This document shows, piece after piece, positions 21,831 through 33,630 of a stretch of DNA of 64,000 bases (its first letter is position 1; each line of letters opens with the position of its first letter). Under the pieces are notes generated by a model. The model saw only the letters and a list, made by a program, of their open reading frames with translations. It had not been told where the DNA came from and searched no databases. Source of the DNA: Alphaproteobacteria bacterium (GTDB lineage Bacteria; Pseudomonadota; Alphaproteobacteria; SHVV01); contig OZ253470.1 in the NCBI GenBank assembly GCA_965261735.1, forward strand, positions 3,872,001-3,936,000, read 5' to 3'. The position numbers and the translations under genes are program-made.

Positions 21831-22691
21831 CTATCGCGCCTCGGAGGCCGTGCGCTCGGTATCGGCGCGGGGCGGCCAGATGAGCGGGAACTGGTCGTGA
21901 TCGGGGGGAAAGGGATCGCCGGGCTTGAGGCCGGGGTCGCGCAGCGGTTTCGGCCGCCCCGGGCCGCGCTCGGCGTAGGTCGCGTCGTCGCCCGCGAAAC
22001 GATAGATGATGGCGCGCCGCCGCCGGTCGCTTTGGTTGCCGGGCGCCGAGTGAATCGTGAGCAGATGGTTGACGATGCAATCGCCCGGCTCGGTGTCGAA
22101 GCCGACGATCCGGTACTGGTCGCGGGCCGCATCGAAGTCGGGCATCGGGTCGAAACCGTCGCTCAGCTCGTAGGCGTCGGAGCCATCGAAGGGCGCCGCC
22201 TCGAACCAGCGTCCCCATTTGTGCGAGCCCGTGACCCACTCCACGGCGCCGCTCTCCGCGGTGGCGGTGTCGAGCGAGAGCCACATACCGCAGGCCTGGG
22301 AGCCGTCGTACCAGTTGTAGGGTTGGTCGTGGTGCCACGGCGTCAGCGAGGGCGTGTGCGGCTCTTTGACCAGGATCAGGTCCGCCATCAGGTTGATGCG
22401 CGCCGAGCGCATACAGGCGGCGGCGATGGCGCCGCTCGGTGACTCGAGGGCGAGCGCCCGGAAATCCGCGTCCGCCATCCACAGGAAAATGTCGCGCTCG
22501 AAGCGGCCCGGCGTTCCCTCCGGATTGAGCAGCCGCCCCTCGGGCGTCGGCGACTCCAGGAGGCGGTCGAGCGCGGCGCGCATGCGCTCGACCCAGTCGG
22601 AGTCGAACATGCCGCGTAGGCAGACCACGCCGTCGCGCTCAAACGTCGCGATCTCGGCTTCGGTGATCGGGCTCGGCGGTAACCTGTTCAT
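21831..22691 (-). CDS. Phytanoyl-CoA dioxygenase (PhyH) family Fe(II)/2OG enzyme
   Basis: FERDGVV, TPWHHDQ (HxD), GSHKW, IHSAPGN, RRA. Confidence 0.88.
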   Translation of the reverse strand: MNRLPPSPITEAEIATFERDGVVCLRGMFDSDWVERMRAALDRLLESPTPEGRLLNPEGTPGRFERDIFLWMADADFRALALESPSGAIAAACMRSARINLMADLILVKEPHTPSLTPWHHDQPYNWYDGSQACGMWLSLDTATAESGAVEWVTGSHKWGRWFEAAPFDGSDAYELSDGFDPMPDFDAARDQYRIVGFDTEPGDCIVNHLLTIHSAPGNQSDRRRRAIIYRFAGDDATYAERGPGRPKPLRDPGLKPGDPFPPDHDQFPLIWPPRADTERTASEAR

Positions 22692-22768
22692 GCTCGTCTC
22701 TGCCGCGCCTAAGGGTGCGCGAGCCCGATGGTATCAAGCCGGCCTCGCGAATGGCAACGCCGCCGTGC

Positions 22769-24043
22769 CTAGGGCGCGACGGCCGCCGCCGGCGGGACCA
22801 GGAGGCAGGCGAATTGCTTCTGCTTCAGGCGCGCGCACGCTGTTTGCGCCTCCTGCTCGCTGAGGCCGGTGAGGCGGGCGCGGAACAGGTTGTCGCTATC
22901 GCCCTCGGTGGTCATGATCGAGATCTCCTTGTGCATCAGCAGGCGCGGCTCGGCTTTGGCCGCGCGGTGAACCTGGGCCTGCGCAGTGGCGAAGCGCTCA
23001 AATGCGCCGACCTGGACGCTCCAGCCCCTGGCGCGGGGCTGCGCCGTGGTCTCTGCGCGGGCGCTATCGACGACCGGCTCCAGGTCCGGAACGGGGCGCA
23101 TCTTGGGCGCCCTGGCGACGGCCGTTCGGGTCCCGCCTGCGCCTTTGGCCTCCGCCTCGAGCCGGGCGAACGCACGATCGAGAATACCCTTCATGTGGGC
23201 GTCGCGCGAGTGCCCGGTGCGGCCCCCGAGCACGATACCGACCAGCCGGTGCCCGTTGCGCTCGACCGACACCGCGATGTTGAAGCCGGAGGCGCGCGTG
23301 TAGCCGGTCTTTATGCCGTCGGTGCCGGGATAGCCCTTCAGCAGCCGGTTGTGGTTGTCGTAGTTGCGCTTGCCGTACCTGAAGCGGGCCGTCGAGAAGA
23401 CCGGATAGTGCTGCGGGAAGTCGCGGATCAGTGCCCGGGCGAGCACGGAAAGATCGTGCGCGGTGCTGCGCTGGCGCCGGTCGGGTAGGCCCGACGCGTT
23501 GCGGAACCGCGTGTGTTTCATACCGAGTGCGCGCGCCTTCTTGGTCATGGCCAGGGCGAACTTCACCTCGTTGCCGGCCAGCCCCTCGGCCAGCACGGTA
23601 GCCACGTCGTTCGCGGACTTGGTCACCAGGCCGAGAATGGCGTTCTTCACCGTGATGGTCGCGCCGCGCTTCAAATTGAGCTTCGACGGCGCCTGGCCGG
23701 CTGCCCGGCGCGAGACCTTGAGCGGCTGATCGAGGGTGAGGCGGCCTTGCTCGAGCGCCTCGAAGGTGAGGTACAGGGTCATCATCTTGGCCAGCGAGGC
23801 CGGGATGCGGCGGTGGCTGGCGTTGCGCGAGAATAGCACGCGGCCGCTGTCCGCCTCGACGACGACGGCGGCGTAGCGTGCGGCCTTGGCCTCGCTGGCG
23901 CCCAGGGCCATAGCCAAAGCGGCGCCGAGGAGAAAGGCGCGCACGGCCCACGTCGCTCCGTTATCCGGGCGACGGTTACGCCGGAATCGCACGACTAAAC
24001 GAACAATGCCCCCCAAGAGACTACTCAATCCCCCACCGCGCAA
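22769..24043 (-). CDS. D-alanyl-D-alanine carboxypeptidase (peptidase S11) with C-terminal SPOR domain; start uncertain
   Basis: ASLAK (SxxK), SAND (SxN), KTG; WSVQVGAF SPOR motif. Confidence 0.9.
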   Translation of the reverse strand: MRGGGLSSLLGGIVRLVVRFRRNRRPDNGATWAVRAFLLGAALAMALGASEAKAARYAAVVVEADSGRVLFSRNASHRRIPASLAKMMTLYLTFEALEQGRLTLDQPLKVSRRAAGQAPSKLNLKRGATITVKNAILGLVTKSANDVATVLAEGLAGNEVKFALAMTKKARALGMKHTRFRNASGLPDRRQRSTAHDLSVLARALIRDFPQHYPVFSTARFRYGKRNYDNHNRLLKGYPGTDGIKTGYTRASGFNIAVSVERNGHRLVGIVLGGRTGHSRDAHMKGILDRAFARLEAEAKGAGGTRTAVARAPKMRPVPDLEPVVDSARAETTAQPRARGWSVQVGAFERFATAQAQVHRAAKAEPRLLMHKEISIMTTEGDSDNLFRARLTGLSEQEAQTACARLKQKQFACLLVPPAAAVAP

Positions 24044-24324
24044 ATACCAGGCGGCGACAACCCGTCCTCCCCCGGATAGCCTCGCCGGCCAAAGCCCATG
24101 TCGCGCAAATATTCTAATAAAATTGCGAATCCATGTCTATGGCCGTTCTCGGGCCGCAGAATGGCGCGGCGGTTGCTTTGCCAAGACGAGATCCCAAGGG
24201 TGTCGCAATAGGGTTAAGGCATGGGTGGCACCAAAGAGATTCCCCTTCAAGGCGTTTCGCGGAGCCGCTACAATTCTTACATTAAGAACCGCGTAAGCCG
24301 GCTCAAGTAGGATCGACGTGGCGC

Positions 24325-24650
24325 ATGAGCGACAAGGGCAGACCCGATGATGACGGCAGCGGCACCGGAGTCATCACGCGGACCGAACCCAAGACCAAGA
24401 AGCCGTCGCTCTATAAGGTGTTGCTGCTCAACGATGACTACACACCCATGGAGTTCGTGGTCTATGTTCTCGAACGCTTCTTCCGCAAGAACCGTCAGGA
24501 GGCGACCCGGATCATGCTGCACGTGCACCAGCGCGGGGTCGGCGTCTGTGGCGTGTATACTTACGAGGTCGCCGAAACGAAGGTGACACAGGTGATCGAC
24601 TTCGCACGCCAAAACCAGCACCCGCTTCAGTGCACGATGGAGAAAGAATA

Positions 24651-24651
<1 letters not shown>
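24325..24651 (+). CDS. clpS: ATP-dependent Clp protease adaptor
   Basis: [24 protein letters not shown]. Confidence 0.97.
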
Positions 24652-27008
<2,357 letters not shown>

Positions 27009-27768
27009 GTCCATTTCAATGTTCTAGGTATGATTTCGGATGTGGACGTCGGTCACACTTGTAAAAATGTCCGACACCTAAGCGGCCGATCTCCCGGCCA
27101 TTCCTTGATTAATCGTTTGCGGACAATGGGTTGGCTGGCGTGAGGCCGATTGTAAAGGTTCCTTACACTTTCTTGGGGAAGCCCTCTTCGCTGGGGCACC
27201 CTTAGCTCGGATGCCGGGCGTTGAAGGAGACGGCGATCCGTTCGCCGGCGCCGAAATAGGGATGGACCAGGTGCTTGAGCCAACCCGGGAAAATCACCAT
27301 CGATCCAGGTTTCGGGCCCATGCGCCAATGTTGGTTGAACATGCGCTCGCCAAGCGTGCTCGCCTGCACGCCGGTCCGTGGATCGAGCAGCTCGAGCTGG
27401 CCGCTGATCGGATGGCCTGTGTCTAGCGCGCCCACGGCGACGTAGTAGACGCCCGACCAAGTCGAGCTCTCGTGACTGTGCGGAACGTGGTAGCCGCTGG
27501 GGCGCAGGATATTGGCCCAAGCCTCCATCTCGAACGGATAATCGCCGCGCTTGTGTTTTCTCGTGGTCGCCCTCGTGGCCTCGACGGCAACGCGGCGGAA
27601 CATCTGCTCGAGCTCCTTGATACAGGGGGCGTTCCACGACAGCAGGTCCTTATGCGAGCTCCACCCGCCAACCGCGCTCGAGTGCATTCCCGTGCCGCCG
27701 CGCTCGCGCTCGAGAATGAGGTCGCGCAAGGCCGCTTAGGGCCTCGGAGTCCGGGCGCTCGTAACTAG

Positions 27769-29339
27769 CCTGACTTATTCATCGGAGGCAGAGTTTATCG
27801 GTTGATTTTGAGCGCGCGAAGGTTTGTGTTCGGCGCCTTGCGGTGCCGGGATTTGAGGTTGGCGGTGTCGGGGTTTGGGGTTGAATGGGCTCGGGTTGGC
27901 GGGGCACGGCGCCCCGGCGATCAGGGGCCCGCGGCGGCGAGGCGCCCGGCCAGCAGGCGGAACAGGGCGGCATCCGGACAGGCCGAAGCGAAGTGGATGC
28001 GGATGCGGGCGGCCTTTTCGACGACGCGGGCGCCGATCTTGAGCAGGCTTTTCCTGAGGGTCGCGAACTCGGCCCAGGCAAGCGGCATCCGGCGGGGCAC
28101 GGCATCGCGCAGGGCGAGCATGAGCCAGTAGGCCGCGGTGTGCAGGACGAGGCGGAACTGGTTAGCGAGCGGGCTCTGGCAGGAGGTCCGGTCGGAGGCG
28201 AGCTGGCCCTTGTGCAGCTTGATGAGGTTCTCGGGCTCGCCACCGAGCGAGGTGACGATGTAGCGGGCGTCGAAGCCCCGCGCGGTCGCCTCCAGCCGGG
28301 CGACGACCCGGCGCTGGCGGCTCCAGGAGCGGGCGGCGTAGGCGAACGCGGCGAAGCCCCGCATCCTGTCCGCGCCGGCCTCGGCGCGGCGCACCCTGAG
28401 GTCGTCGGCCACCTCGTATGAGAGGCGGTGCAACACGCTGTTGCCGGCCAGGCCGAAGATGTAGTCGACGCCGGTGTCCTCGCACCACGCCATGGCCTCG
28501 GTCCGTCCGTAGTGGGAATCTCCCCGGAAGGTGAGCCGGGTGCGCGGCCAGTGCCGGCGGATGCGGCGCACCAGGTGCTTGAGGAGGGTCCGGACCTCGG
28601 CGCCCGACGGCGTCTTGCCGGGGCGCAGGAGAACCGCCACCGGCTTGCCGCTCTCGACGTGGTAGACGTGGACCGGCAGGAAGCAGCGGGTGTCGTAGTG
28701 GGCATGGAACAGCGACAGCTGCTGGTGGCCGTGCACCGGATCGCAGGTATCGTCGATGTCGAGCGTGATCGCCGCGGGAGGGGCGGGGAAGCTGCGGCAG
28801 AAGAGATCGACCAGCGCCGCCGTCATGCGCGCCACCTCGATGCGCGAGGGCGCGTTCTCCAGCCGGCTCATGGTCGGTTGCGAGCACAGCGCGCGGCCGC
28901 TCTCCGGCGCCCGGCCGACGGCCAGCTTGAACAGCGGATCGGTACGCAGGGCGTCGCAGTCGTCGGCATCCTCGTATCCGCAGGCGATCGCGAACATGCG
29001 GAAGCGCAGCATCGCCGGCAGCGTGTGCACCACCAGCGCCGGATCGCGCCACTCCCGGATGCAGCCCGCCAGCGCCTCGGCCAGGCCAAGCCGGCGTTCG
29101 GCCCCGCGCAACAGGACCAGCCCGCCGTCCGACGAGATCAGCCCGCCCCCGAAATCGGCGGTCACCTTCTTGCGTTTGACGGCTGGAAGATCGAACGGGA
29201 GCTGGCTATCTTCGGTCATGGTGGGCGTGGCGCTTTCGTTGCCTGGGGAGAAGGACGCTGGACAACGACTTTCTACCCAATACCAACGACTTACGCCATG
29301 TCCGCCATCATAACATTGGGCCGCGCTGAATAAAGCGGG
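27769..29339 (-). mobile_element. IS1380-family insertion sequence, 1571 bp
   Basis: Ends CCTGACTTATTC / CCCGCTTTATTC (reverse complement); CTAG duplicated at 27765-8 and 29340-3. Confidence 0.92.
27921..29219 (-). CDS. IS1380-family transposase, probably carrying an in-frame internal deletion
   Basis: FGGGLISSDGG, GYEDADD, LDIDDT, RGDSHY, ENLIK; the usual Y-x2-RG segment before ENLIK is absent. Confidence 0.88.
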   Translation of the reverse strand: MTEDSQLPFDLPAVKRKKVTADFGGGLISSDGGLVLLRGAERRLGLAEALAGCIREWRDPALVVHTLPAMLRFRMFAIACGYEDADDCDALRTDPLFKLAVGRAPESGRALCSQPTMSRLENAPSRIEVARMTAALVDLFCRSFPAPPAAITLDIDDTCDPVHGHQQLSLFHAHYDTRCFLPVHVYHVESGKPVAVLLRPGKTPSGAEVRTLLKHLVRRIRRHWPRTRLTFRGDSHYGRTEAMAWCEDTGVDYIFGLAGNSVLHRLSYEVADDLRVRRAEAGADRMRGFAAFAYAARSWSRQRRVVARLEATARGFDARYIVTSLGGEPENLIKLHKGQLASDRTSCQSPLANQFRLVLHTAAYWLMLALRDAVPRRMPLAWAEFATLRKSLLKIGARVVEKAARIRIHFASACPDAALFRLLAGRLAAAGP

Positions 29340-29482
29340 CTAGTAATCGGCGTTGCAAACGCCATCACCATGTTTAGCGGCTGCTTGCGTGAGTCTGCCA
29401 TCCTGGGCTCCAGTTAAGACGCGCAGAAGGGGTGCCGGCCGGCCCGCGCATCGCCCGTCGCCGCACCACAAAGTGGCGCGGC

Positions 29483-30841
29483 TCACGCCTTCTTGCGCAT
29501 CGAAAGCAGGTAAGTATAGCCCGTGGGATCGGTGCGAAGCTCGACGGATGTGGGGTCGACGAGGTCGGCGAAGGCCACCATGTCCTCGGCGGTGCGGTAG
29601 TTGAGGGTCCAGTCGAGGATGAACTCGAGAGGCCATACAACGTCGGCCTTGGCCTTCATGTTGGCGATGATCAAGAGCCCGCCGGGCGCGAGCTGCTTGA
29701 ACAACCCGGCGACGAGGCGCTGGCAGCGCTTGTCCCCGAAATAGTCGAACAGGCCGACGCTGTAAATCATGTGCTGCTGGCGGATGCGGCTGAACAGCTT
29801 CGCTTCGCGGAGCAGCTCCCATACCGATGCGTTGACCGTCTTGATTCGGGCGCGGCCGGCGACCCGGGCGAGCACCGGCTGAGCACGCTGCGCCGCATGC
29901 GAAAGCGCTTCCCGCTCGTGGTCGATCAGCGTGAATCGAACCGGCGCGGGCGGCGCACCGGACGATAAATAGTCGATGACCTCGCGCGCGGGCCCGCAGC
30001 CGACGCTCGTGATCCTGACGACGCTCTCACCGGCGTGCTGGCAGACGGTCGTGGTGATCGCCTCGCGCACCATGTCCATCCTGGTCTTCACGAAGTGACC
30101 GACGTCGAGCCCGAGCTTGTGGAGCAGCGTGGCGTAAGCGCTGTGGCCCTCGGGCTTGTTGTCGTAGATGTACTCCATGACCTGATAGTCGCCGGGGTAG
30201 CCGAGCGGCTTTTGGTAGCTGCGCCCGACCAGCGGCCCGGCGACCATCTCCGGCGTCAGCACGGATTCGGTGAAGCGCTTGGCCGCGCGCGAGGCGATGA
30301 GGTCGGAGAGGAACGGGGTCACCGTCGCCTGGCTGCCATGCCACAGCTCCCGCCACTCGTCCAAGAATCGCCCCTCGCAGGCGTTGTAGACCTCCTCGAG
30401 TCGGGCCCTGCCAGCGACGCCGTCGCCGCCGACCTGGCGCTCGAAGGGATCGAGGATGGAGCGGTAGCGGAGCAACATCGAGAGCGTGTCGCCGCACAGC
30501 CTGCGATACTTAGGCGTGGTCGCGCCGCCATGACCGTTGTCGAGGAGCTCGCGAACCGAGGGCTCGGCGTAGGTGTCGATGATTCTCCCGAGATCGATGC
30601 TGCCGTCGGTGACCCGCAGTCCGACCCGCGCGCCCTTCGCTGTGGGCTCGACCTGCAGCACCTGGCCGGCACCGCGGTAGAAGAGCTCGTCGCCGGCCCC
30701 GATGGCGAGCGCGCACTGATCACCGACGCTGAGCGGATTGACCGTGGCGGGGACGACGAAGCCGACGCCGTCGCCGCTTAGGTCGCAGACCGGAAACTTA
30801 CGGCGCCCTATTCGGACGTTGAGGGGAAGCTTGGCCAGCAT
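29483..30841 (-). CDS. Class I SAM-dependent methyltransferase, PhcB-like, with N-terminal PilZ-like barrel
   Basis: DLSGDG (DxSxxG); KPLGYPGDY; SVGCGPARE; FTLID; YSVGLFDY; LAPGGLLIIAN. Confidence 0.75.
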   Translation of the reverse strand: MLAKLPLNVRIGRRKFPVCDLSGDGVGFVVPATVNPLSVGDQCALAIGAGDELFYRGAGQVLQVEPTAKGARVGLRVTDGSIDLGRIIDTYAEPSVRELLDNGHGGATTPKYRRLCGDTLSMLLRYRSILDPFERQVGGDGVAGRARLEEVYNACEGRFLDEWRELWHGSQATVTPFLSDLIASRAAKRFTESVLTPEMVAGPLVGRSYQKPLGYPGDYQVMEYIYDNKPEGHSAYATLLHKLGLDVGHFVKTRMDMVREAITTTVCQHAGESVVRITSVGCGPAREVIDYLSSGAPPAPVRFTLIDHEREALSHAAQRAQPVLARVAGRARIKTVNASVWELLREAKLFSRIRQQHMIYSVGLFDYFGDKRCQRLVAGLFKQLAPGGLLIIANMKAKADVVWPLEFILDWTLNYRTAEDMVAFADLVDPTSVELRTDPTGYTYLLSMRKKA

Positions 30842-30870
30842 GGGGTCGCTGCGGCTGGTGGTGCGCCGAC

Positions 30871-31532
30871 TTACTTGACGCTCTTCAAGACGTCGCGCGG
30901 GTGCCGGCGCTCGGGGCGCTGACGGTCGAACGCGGGCGCGACGAGCTTGCGCCCGGTCAACAGGTATGCGTTCTCGGTCAACCCGCCCTTCAGTTCGATC
31001 TCCCCCCTGTTCTCGAACTCGTAGTCGCGATGGAGCCGCCAGTAGGTGCTCTCGGATACCTGGATGGCGCTCTCGATGCCGTGTGATTCGAGGCGGCTGG
31101 CGAGGTTCACCGTCTCGCCCCAGAGATCGAATATCGGTACCTTCGTGCCGATGACGCCCGACACCACCGAGCCCGTCGCCATGCCGACGCGGATCTTGAG
31201 CGGTAGATCGTGCTCGAGGGCGTAGTTGTCGATCGCGTTCATCGCCTCGATCGCGAACTCGGCCACGGCTTCGGCGCTCCGGCTCGAGGGATTGCGCACG
31301 CCGCCGACGACCATGTAGTTGTCGCCGATCGTCTTGACCTTCTCGACCCCCTTCTCATCGGCGATGCCATCGAGCGCCGTGAAAATGTCGCTCAGGATCT
31401 CGACCAGGTGGCTCGGCGAGAGGCGCTTGGTCAGCTGGGTGAAACCGCTGAGGTCCGAGAACAGAACGGTCGCCTCGCCGACCGCCTCGGCGATGCTCTT
31501 TTCGCCGTCCCTGAGCCGGTCGGCGATCCTGC
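30871..31532 (-). pseudogene. Class III adenylate cyclase catalytic domain; N-terminal region lost
   Basis: TVLFSDLSGFT, KVKTIGDNYM, FDLWGETVNLASRLE; homology stops at RIADRL with unrelated DNA upstream. Confidence 0.85.
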
Positions 31533-31859
31533 CATGGGAATGCTCCCGATGTTGGGTTTCGAGACACGGCATCGTACCGCTTCTGGCGGTGCGGAGCGTT
31601 CCCACCTTCCCCTGCTCGACCCTGCCGTCGTGACAAAATCCTGCCTTGGAGCGGCCCATTGTCACGAATAGCCGTTTTCGGCCGTTCGTCTCGACACAAA
31701 AACGCACTAAATCAATGACTTAGATTTTCCATACCAGACCCACACCCAAAGAACGAGAAAAAACGACGAAAAAAGGGGGGGGTGGCAGCCATGCTGGCGG
31801 GCCGATTTGATTCCGAGACTGAAACTCGGTTCCAACTACACTACGCCGAGCGTTCGATC
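31533..31859. mobile_element. Probable mobile-element end remnants (inverted repeats, IHF-consensus site)
   Basis: IR TCGTGACAA/TTGTCACGA (31628-31667); AATCAATGACTTA at 31710-31722 matches WATCAA-N4-TTR; lower GC. Confidence 0.45.
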
Positions 31860-32369
31860 CTTGCCTATCCGGTTTACACCCACACCCACTAGGGTTAGAA
31901 TGGGCGCAACCCGGATATAGGGGAGCGCGCCATGGATGTTCTCGACCGCGCCGATCTCCCATTCCCGCATTCGCTACCCGAGTTCCAGCGACTTTTCCCC
32001 GATGATGCGGCCTGCGCCGCCTACCTGGAGAAAGCCCGCTGGGGAGACGGCTTTGCCTGCCCGCACTGCGGCACGGCGGGAGAGCCGTTCCACTTTGAAA
32101 ACCGCCCTGGCGTCCTGCGCTGCCGCAAGTGCCGCCAGAACACCGGGCTGACGGTGGGAACAGTGATGGAGCGTAGCCACACTCCGCTGAACGTCTGGTT
32201 CTGGGCCGCTTATCTGGTCGCCAGTCAGACGCCCGGCATGTCCGCCGTGCAGTTTCAGCGGCAACTTGGTCTTTCGCGCTACGAGACGGCCTTTCAAATT
32301 CTCCACAAGCTCCGCTCGGGCATGGTGCGGCCCAACCAAGACAGGATCGGTGGACAGCCCAAGAACCAT
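31860..32369 (+). mobile_element. Truncated second copy of the IS1595 element (left end plus 5' transposase)
   Basis: Matches 3609-4118 apart from two substitutions I could see; identity ends at AAGAACCAT; no right IR. Confidence 0.95.
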
Positions 32370-33630
32370 CGCCCATTGGGATTGCCGGTCCCGGCTCGCG
32401 ACGAGAGTCGCTCGGAATACAAACTCGCCGAAGAGTGGAGATCGACCTTTGCAGCCAAGCTTGGGTGGGTCTACGAAGACTGGCTGCCCGAGGGTGTGAG
32501 TCCCCGCAGCGTAATCGAGAAACTCAGTATTCCGGATGTGCCTTATTGGAGTTTCTTTGAAGGTTTGCCGGTCGTTGAGGAGGGCACTTCCGACCCAGAC
32601 ACCGTGGGCGCCGCCTATGATCGACTAGCGCGGCTGATCTTCTACAGCTTAGATTGGGCGATGGCCGATTCTGGGCTGCACCCTTCGCGTAATCCAGACG
32701 TGCTTCGAGGCAAGAGGAAGACGGACGAAATCCAAGCGGAACTTGCTCACTCACTCCTCAAGGAAGCGGAAGAGCTCGTAGGGAAGGGAGACAACACGAG
32801 GGCTACAGCGGCGTTGAGGGAAGCGGTCGAGATATACAGCGCGCTCGCTCGCGCGAACCCCGGTCGCTACGACCCCCCCCCCCCCTGGCGGATGCCCTCA
32901 ACAACTGGTCGAACCGGCTGGGCGAGGCGGGCCGTCGTACAGAGGCGTCGACGGCGGTCGAGGAGGCGGTTGCGATCTACCGCCGGCTGGCGGCGGAGGA
33001 CCCGGCGCGCTACGAGCCCGGCCTCGCACGGAGCCTCAGCAACTGTTCCGTTCATTTGAGCGAGGTGGGCCGTCGTCCTGAAGCGTTAGCGGCGATCGAG
33101 GAGGCGGTTGCGATACGCGCCGGCTGGCAGCGGCGAACCCGGCGCGCTATGAGCCCGAGTTGGCGATGAGCCTCAACAACTGGTCGAACCTGCTAAGCCA
33201 AGCGGGCCATCGTGCCCAGGCGGTGGCGGCAATCGAGGAGGCGGTGGCCATCACCCGCCGGCTGGCGGCGGCCGACCCGGCGCGCTACGAGCCTGAACTG
33301 GCGACGAGTCTTAACAACCACTCAGGTGAGCTGAGCGAAGCGGGCCGTCATACGGAGGCGTTGGCGGCGATCGAGGAAGCGGTGGCGATATACAACCGGC
33401 TGGCAGCGGCGAACCCGGCGCGCTATGAGCCCGACCTGGCGACGAGCTACGGCGCGCTTGGCACCATCCTTCTCAAATCCGACAAAAGAGAGGAAGCGGT
33501 CGTCGCCTTCTCCACCGGCTCTAACCTGATCCGGCCTTATGCCGAACCGAATCCAGAAAGCCCGAACGCTCGGCTCCTGCAACACCTCCTGGCGGACATC
33601 AAGCGAGCACGCACGGAAGCCTCCGAGTAA
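32370..33630 (+). pseudogene. Remnant of a ParA/MinD-like (KGGVGR-type) ATPase-TPR protein, 5' deleted, two frameshifts
   Basis: LPVPAR..SEY..WLP..IPDVPYWSFFEGLPVVEE..AAYDRLARL, then 46-aa TPR-like repeats; shifts at C13 (32873-85) and near 33119. Confidence 0.7.
32854..33460 (+). repeat. Imperfect ~138-bp tandem coding repeats (NPARYEPxLAxSLNN...)
   Basis: ACCCGGCGCGCTAYGAGCC-like unit recurs near 32857, 33000, 33137, 33275, 33413. Confidence 0.85.

Larger units (their letters stand above)
27202..29401 (-). pseudogene. TIGR02466-type 2OG-Fe(II) oxygenase split by IS1380 and frameshifted near 27736
   Basis: MADSRKQPLNMVMAFATPIT(S) at 29401-29340 rejoins YERPDSEAL left of the IS; downstream HSH, WSGVYYV, FPGWLKH, RIAVSFN. 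Confidence 0.88.

Noticed and set aside
31533-31707. N-terminal extension of ORF 30871-31707 as a real cyclase sensor domain
   Set aside because: Read-through into non-coding, IR-rich DNA; no domain-like sequence and atypical codon use
32854-33460. ~138-bp repeats as a CRISPR array or DGR template/variable pair
   Set aside because: They are degenerate protein-coding TPR repeats without unique spacers; no cas or reverse transcriptase gene
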